From NCBI GenBank assembly GCA_963808235.1, contig CAWEEQ010000004.1:1568001-1632000 (forward strand): DNA of 64,000 nucleotides, read 5' to 3'. The notes under the pieces were generated by a model. It worked only from the letters and a program-made list of their open reading frames with translations. It did not search any database and was not told the DNA's origin. A program made the position numbers and the translations under genes. Source of the DNA: an uncultured delta proteobacterium (GTDB taxonomy: Bacteria > Desulfobacterota > Binatia > Binatales > Binataceae). Shown here piece by piece: positions 59,032 to 64,000 of this stretch; within the stretch, counting starts at the first letter, position 1, and the number at the start of each line of letters is the position of its first letter.

Positions 59032-59081
59032 CGCAGGCGGACGAGGTCATTATTCCCGCTTCCCGTTTCACTTTTCATTTT

Positions 59082-59426
59082 TCATTTTTCACTTTTCACG
59101 TTCGCCCATTCGGTCGGTAGATAAGTCCAGCATTCGAGCCGGCTCGAGTCGGCGGTGAGCACCTCGATCCGCTCGCGGGTGTAGAGGCGCGGCACTTCCT
59201 CGTAAGCGTCCAGGATGGCGAGGTCGCGCGAACCGAGGCCTTCGAGGATTGCGCCGTCGGTGATCGCGCCCCCTTGAGCGACGACGAAATGATAACGCTT
59301 CTGCCCGCGCCGGTAGCCATGGAGCCATGCCGGGGAAGCTTCGATCGGGCGGCCGAGCAGTTCGACGCGCTTGGCCGGATTCATCAGCGAGCCGTACACA
59401 AAGAGGATTTGTTCGTCGTCATGCAT
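59082..59426 (-). CDS. Gamma-glutamylcyclotransferase-like protein
   Basis: 'LFVYGSLM', 'LDAYE...LYTR'. Confidence 0.85.
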   Translation of the reverse strand: MHDDEQILFVYGSLMNPAKRVELLGRPIEASPAWLHGYRRGQKRYHFVVAQGGAITDGAILEGLGSRDLAILDAYEEVPRLYTRERIEVLTADSSRLECWTYLPTEWANVKSEK

Positions 59427-59531
59427 AGTCGCCATGTCACCATGCGGCGGCGTAAGTGGAAAGAATATGCATTCCAGTATTGCCGCAAATGTCGGTAGTA
59501 TGTTAGCTCCACAGTGAGGTTGGAGAATCTG

Positions 59532-59996
59532 ATGATGACGCCGAGAATTTTTATGGCGCGAACGGTTTTGGGCGTGTTGATGCTTTCCGCGGTCGCGTGC
59601 TCGACCACAAAAAGCGGGACCTTGAGCGCCGGTATGACGCCCGATCAGACGGTTCAGGCGATGGGCCAGCCCGATCTGAAGGACAACATCGCAGATCCAA
59701 ATCATAGCGGCGCGAGCGTGTTGCGCTACGTATGGCTCGATACGGGCAAGGCCGCGATTTTCGGCTCCGACGAGCGGGTCGCGAGTATCCAGGACGTCGA
59801 AACCAATACCAAGCAGCACGTCGAGCAGCAGGCGCGGGCGCAGGCTGCTCCGCAGGAATTCGATCCGATTAACACTCCGCTCAACTACATGTTTTTTCCG
59901 TTCAAAGCGGGGCTGACTTACCTGGGTGCGGGCGTGAACTGCGTAGGAGGCGGTGGCTGTCAGAGGCCGGAGCTTCCTCCGCCGTCGGCCAGTTAG
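59532..59996 (+). CDS. Lipoprotein (BamE/SmpA-like N-terminal motif)
   Basis: Lipobox VAC; 'GMTPDQTVQAMGQPD'. Confidence 0.65.
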   Translation: MMTPRIFMARTVLGVLMLSAVACSTTKSGTLSAGMTPDQTVQAMGQPDLKDNIADPNHSGASVLRYVWLDTGKAAIFGSDERVASIQDVETNTKQHVEQQARAQAAPQEFDPINTPLNYMFFPFKAGLTYLGAGVNCVGGGGCQRPELPPPSAS

Positions 59997-60409
59997 ATTT
60001 GGCTAGATGGATTCGGCGAGCCGGATTCGCCGGACGGAACGAACCTGGAACGGGAAAAGGCGAAGGCCCCCCTTCACCTTCACCATTCGAGAGTCATTTC
60101 ATGTGAGAACCAGAGCCGGGCGGCGGTTCAGAAGATACGCGGCCTGGTGAAATCTTCACACTTGCCGCCTTTTGGGACGTTCGCAGATGACGATTCCGTG
60201 CCACATTTCGACCACCAGATGTGAGCATAATCAAGTCAATCTGTTAATACAAGATAACAAGCCGACGGATCACGCCGTCAAGGCTTGCAACTCGCACGGC
60301 CGTCATCCTACACTACTTGTTCATAACGGCCGTTTGGTCCAGCCGAACGATTGTTAGACAGAACCTTCAACCAACACTCCGACAAACGGGACGAGCGGAA
60401 AAATCAACC

Positions 60410-60844
60410 ATGAAAAAAGAGACTCTCGGACAGGTACTCAAACAACGCCGCGAGGCATACGCGCTTACCCAACGCGAACTCGCGCGCAAGCTCGGGGTCA
60501 AGGCCAGCCACGTCGCATACCTGGAGAACGGCCGGCGGCGACCGTCGCTATCGCTGCTGGCCCGGCTCGCCGATACGCTCGAACTCAACAAGCAACGCCT
60601 GTTCCTGCTCACCCATCCCGAGGCGGAAGGAATTATCGGGGCGCGGGCCGAGGCTTCGCCGGCCAAACGGTCGGACAACGCGTGGCGCAGGTTTATCTCC
60701 AACCGCGGCGTGCTCGCGCGTCACAAAGTTACCGACCAGGAACTCAAGGTGCTGCAGAAAGTCAACATGCTCGGCCGCGTATCGGCGCCGAGCCAATTTT
60801 TGTTCATCTTGAATTCGATCCGGCAAGCCGTCGAAGAAGAGTAG
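60410..60844 (+). CDS. XRE-family HTH regulator
   Basis: 'LKQRREAYALTQRELARKLGV..LENGRRRPS'. Confidence 0.88.
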   Translation: MKKETLGQVLKQRREAYALTQRELARKLGVKASHVAYLENGRRRPSLSLLARLADTLELNKQRLFLLTHPEAEGIIGARAEASPAKRSDNAWRRFISNRGVLARHKVTDQELKVLQKVNMLGRVSAPSQFLFILNSIRQAVEEE

Positions 60845-60976
60845 CGTCCATCTTCTTCGCAGGCGGCATTCCGGGGCTCGGACGCAAAGAGTCCGCAAAA
60901 CTCGAGTCCACAAAGTCGAACCGGTTGAGCATACGGAGGCGATGGTCTAGGCTCAGAGGCGGAATTTCCGCGTGCG

Positions 60977-61240
60977 ATGAAGATCGATATCGACCTCAAG
61001 TCAGGGTTTCTGCAAAACCTCAAGCGCGAGGTGCTCGATTCTCTCAGCGTCGAGGAACGCGCGATCATCGAGGTTTCCACCGGTGAGATGGGCAACAAGC
61101 CCGACGCGGTGAAGCTCGGATGGCTCAAGATGCGGACCAAGGAACCCTGGACCAAGCAGCGCTACACCAAGGCGCTCGCGCGGACGATGGAAAAGCTGCG
61201 CGAAGCTGTGGCACTGGCGGAGAAGAATCGAAAAGATTGA
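60977..61240 (+). CDS. Hypothetical protein (87 aa)
   Basis: Host-like codon usage; fills the gap between the XRE gene and tyrS. Confidence 0.65.
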   Translation: MKIDIDLKSGFLQNLKREVLDSLSVEERAIIEVSTGEMGNKPDAVKLGWLKMRTKEPWTKQRYTKALARTMEKLREAVALAEKNRKD

Positions 61241-61269
61241 TCGAGCAGCGAGTGCGGCGCGCGCCGTCG

Positions 61270-62469
61270 TCACGGCTCAATTCGAGCGACTCGCCGTTTT
61301 CCCACTTCGAGCACCTTGTGCTCGCCCGGCACGAAGCGAAAATTCACGTCGGTAATTGTGCGGCCGTCGACGCGCACCGCGCCCTGGCTCAAGAGTCGGC
61401 GAGCCTCGCTGGTGGAGGCGGTGAACTGCAATTGTTTCATCAGTTCGCAAATCCACAGATCCTCGGCGATTCGATAGACCTGGGCGTTGGGCGGAACCTC
61501 GCGGCGCTGATGCTTGCTTTCGAAGTACTCACGGGCGCGAAGCGCCGCGTCCTCACCGCGATATTCCCTGACGATCGTTTCCGCGAGTTTCTTTTTCGCT
61601 TCCATCGGATGAATCGAGCCTGACTTCACCGCCGCGACCTCCTCCGGCCGGGCGCTGGTCAGCAATTCGTAATATCGAACGGTCAGCGAGTCGGGTATCG
61701 ACATGAGCTTGCCGTACATGTCCTCGGGTTTGTCGGTCAGGCCGACGTAGTTGCCGTACGACTTGGACATTTTGCGCACGCCGTCGAGGCCTTCGAGCAG
61801 CGGCATCGTCATCACGACTTGCGGGGTCTGTCCGAAATGTCGTTGCAGCTCGCGGCCAAGCAGCATGTTGAACTTCTGGTCGGTGCCGCCGATCTCGAGG
61901 TCAGCTTCGAGCGCGACGGAATCGTAACCCTGGACGAGCGGGTAGAGCAGTTCGTGCAGGAAGAGCGGCTCCTGGTCGGCGAGCCGTTTCTCGAAGTCGT
62001 CACGCTCGAGGAGACGCGCGACGCTGATGTGCGCGGCAATTTCGATTAACTTCCGCACCCCTAGCTCGTCCATCCATTCGCTGTTGAATCGCACCTCTGT
62101 GCGATCGGGATCGAGAATCTGAAACGCCTGGGTGCGATAGGTTTCGGCGTTGCGCGTGATCTGTTCCCGTTTCAGGGGCGGGCGGGTCTCGGAGCGGCCG
62201 GTAGGATCTCCGATCTTCGCGGTGAAGTCGCCGACCAGAAAGATGACGGTGTGTCCGGCGCGCTGGAAATCGCGCAGCTTTTTCAGAGTCAGGCTGTGGC
62301 CGAGATGGAGATCGGGCGCAGTCGGATCCATCCCGAGCTTGATTCTCAGCGGTCGTTCCAGCGCGACCTTCGCCGCGAACTCAGCGGGCGAGATAACCTC
62401 TGCGGCGCCATGGGCAAGCGCGCCAGGCTGCTGGTTCGTCTGATCTTCGCTCACGGCTGGTTTCTTCAC
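61270..62469 (-). CDS. tyrS: Tyrosine-tRNA ligase
   Basis: 'GMDPTAPDLHLGH', GGTDQ, KMSKS, C-terminal S4 domain. Confidence 0.97.
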   Translation of the reverse strand: MKKPAVSEDQTNQQPGALAHGAAEVISPAEFAAKVALERPLRIKLGMDPTAPDLHLGHSLTLKKLRDFQRAGHTVIFLVGDFTAKIGDPTGRSETRPPLKREQITRNAETYRTQAFQILDPDRTEVRFNSEWMDELGVRKLIEIAAHISVARLLERDDFEKRLADQEPLFLHELLYPLVQGYDSVALEADLEIGGTDQKFNMLLGRELQRHFGQTPQVVMTMPLLEGLDGVRKMSKSYGNYVGLTDKPEDMYGKLMSIPDSLTVRYYELLTSARPEEVAAVKSGSIHPMEAKKKLAETIVREYRGEDAALRAREYFESKHQRREVPPNAQVYRIAEDLWICELMKQLQFTASTSEARRLLSQGAVRVDGRTITDVNFRFVPGEHKVLEVGKRRVARIEP

Positions 62470-62555
62470 TTCGCTTCGTCAGTGTCCTTGTGGACCTAAA
62501 GGTACAGGATTTTTTACGCAGCGGAAGAGCCCGCGCGTTGTCGACTGGACACCGG

Positions 62556-63044
62556 TCATTGATTAGCGGCGTGGTTGCCAGGGACGCGTGCTTGTTCTTC
62601 CGCGGCTCTCAGCCGGCGGCGGACTAGTGCGGCCAGCATGATTTGCGGCTGCGGAATCATGCCCAAGCCGCTCAAGCGCCGGCTCACCACCCCGAGCGCG
62701 TGATGATGGATCAGGCCGATCTGCCGCAAACGCAACTTGCGGTTGGGGAACTCGAACACGCCCGCTTTACGCGCGTGGGAAAGGGTTCGCCGGTGTACTC
62801 CGAAACATGTTGGCCCGTAGACCTCGCTCAGCAACCACAGATCAAGCTCGCCGAGTCCTCTCATGCACCAGCCGATGCACTGATAGTCGTCGATCGCATT
62901 TGCAGCGCTCGGACAGGCGACCGTCGGCAGTTCATCGGCGACCAGACGCGTGGCGCGGCCTCGATGCAGCAACTCGCGCAGACGAAAATAGAAGCGCAGA
63001 GCGTCCTCCGCTCTTTTAAAGCGGGTTTTGTTTTCGTAAAGCAT
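62556..63044 (-). CDS. Hypothetical protein
   Basis: ATG preceded by GGGAGGGG SD; no recognised family. Confidence 0.55.
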   Translation of the reverse strand: MLYENKTRFKRAEDALRFYFRLRELLHRGRATRLVADELPTVACPSAANAIDDYQCIGWCMRGLGELDLWLLSEVYGPTCFGVHRRTLSHARKAGVFEFPNRKLRLRQIGLIHHHALGVVSRRLSGLGMIPQPQIMLAALVRRRLRAAEEQARVPGNHAANQ

Positions 63045-63291
63045 TCGCAGCCCCTCCCCACGAGGTTTACGAGGACCGCGCGCTATGCGGGTGGCCGATG
63101 GGGTGAAACCCTATCCGGTTCTCTTTCGTCTTGGAGCGACAAAGCAGCCGAACGGAGCGCCAAACGTACCCGCCGTCACGCGACGAGAGCCCCAATGCAA
63201 ACTGCTCTAGCGCGACACGAGTCACTAAGTCAACAGATTGATTATACTTTCCCACATTTTGTTATTACGGTTCAACGACCCACCGTGCAAT

Positions 63292-63957
63292 CTATCCGCG
63301 CTGATTGTAACGGTTCATCGCGCGTTCCAGTCCCGACTCTGCGATCGCCTCGACCGCGTTCGCGGCGCGGTCGAGATTGGCGGCAAGCGCCTGGCGTTCG
63401 ACGGAGTTCATCGATCTCAGCAGGTAGTCCTTGTTCTCATCCTGATCCGGGGGGCGGCCAATTCCGATTCGTACGCGGATGAATTCAGTCGTTCCCAGAG
63501 CCTCCGCGATCGAATGAACGCCGCGATTGCCTGCGTCGCCACCACCGCGTTTGATTTGCAGCCGGCCCGCCTCGAGATCGAGTTCATCATGCACCACAAT
63601 CAGGCGCTCGGGTGCGATTTTGAAGTATCCGAGCAGGTCTGCCACGCACTCGCCGCTCAGATTGTAAAAGGTCTGCGGCTTCACCAGCAGCGCGGATTTG
63701 CCGGCCAGGACGACTTCAGCGATGAGGCCCTTGAACTTGCGGCGACCAAGCTCGACGCCATTGGCTTTGGCGATTCGATCGATAGTCATGAATCCGGAGT
63801 TGTGCCGCGAGCGCGCGTATTCATCGCCGGGGTTTCCGAGACCGGCGACAACCCACTCAATGGATGAACGCGTTTCGGAATCGGACTTTTTGCTGGATTC
63901 GCGCGACGATCGGAATGCTCCGAACAGGCGCTTGACTGCCGCCATCAGGTTTCCCAC
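63292..63957 (-). CDS. pth: Peptidyl-tRNA hydrolase
   Basis: 'GLGNPG..Y..SRHN', 'KPQTFYNLSG', 'VHDELDL', 'RVRIGIGRP'. Confidence 0.95.
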   Translation of the reverse strand: MGNLMAAVKRLFGAFRSSRESSKKSDSETRSSIEWVVAGLGNPGDEYARSRHNSGFMTIDRIAKANGVELGRRKFKGLIAEVVLAGKSALLVKPQTFYNLSGECVADLLGYFKIAPERLIVVHDELDLEAGRLQIKRGGGDAGNRGVHSIAEALGTTEFIRVRIGIGRPPDQDENKDYLLRSMNSVERQALAANLDRAANAVEAIAESGLERAMNRYNQRG

Positions 63958-64000
63958 GTGCTCACGTCCGCACGCGACGCCGCGACGGAGCCGCGCGGAC

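Noticed and set aside
60410-61240. XRE plus small ORF as a toxin-antitoxin pair
   Set aside because: 132-nt gap and no toxin motif in the 87-aa protein.
62470-62555. T-box leader upstream of tyrS
   Set aside because: The 86-nt gap is too short and has no T-box consensus.

Overview
GC-rich (roughly 60-65% by eye) bacterial chromosome window. Gene content and style suggest a soil Candidatus Binatota or Deltaproteobacteria-like organism (inference only). Housekeeping genes sit at both ends (prmC-prfA-rpmE; tyrS, pth). Between them are catabolic enzymes, an FHA/Ser-Thr kinase/PHP signalling cluster, a ClC transporter, an ECF sigma/VOC operon, a MacAB-like exporter with duplicated permeases, nadA-nrtR and a sigma54 two-component system. 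The best novel-system candidate is a lower-GC four-gene cassette at 36369-41184: a HIT hydrolase, a membrane protein, an orphan Dam-type methylase and an 890-aa fusion of dikinase-like ATP-grasp domains, a phospho-His domain and a MazG-like NTP pyrophosphatase. It lies between arrays of REP-like palindromes. Other notable items: a Ser/Thr kinase with a WNK-type lysine relocation, an orphan bufferin-like precursor, a motif placed directly after stop codons, paralogous small secreted proteins with sigma54 promoters, and a 1-nt frameshift in a PfkB-SIS fusion. No rRNA, tRNA, CRISPR array, integrase or transposase was recognised.
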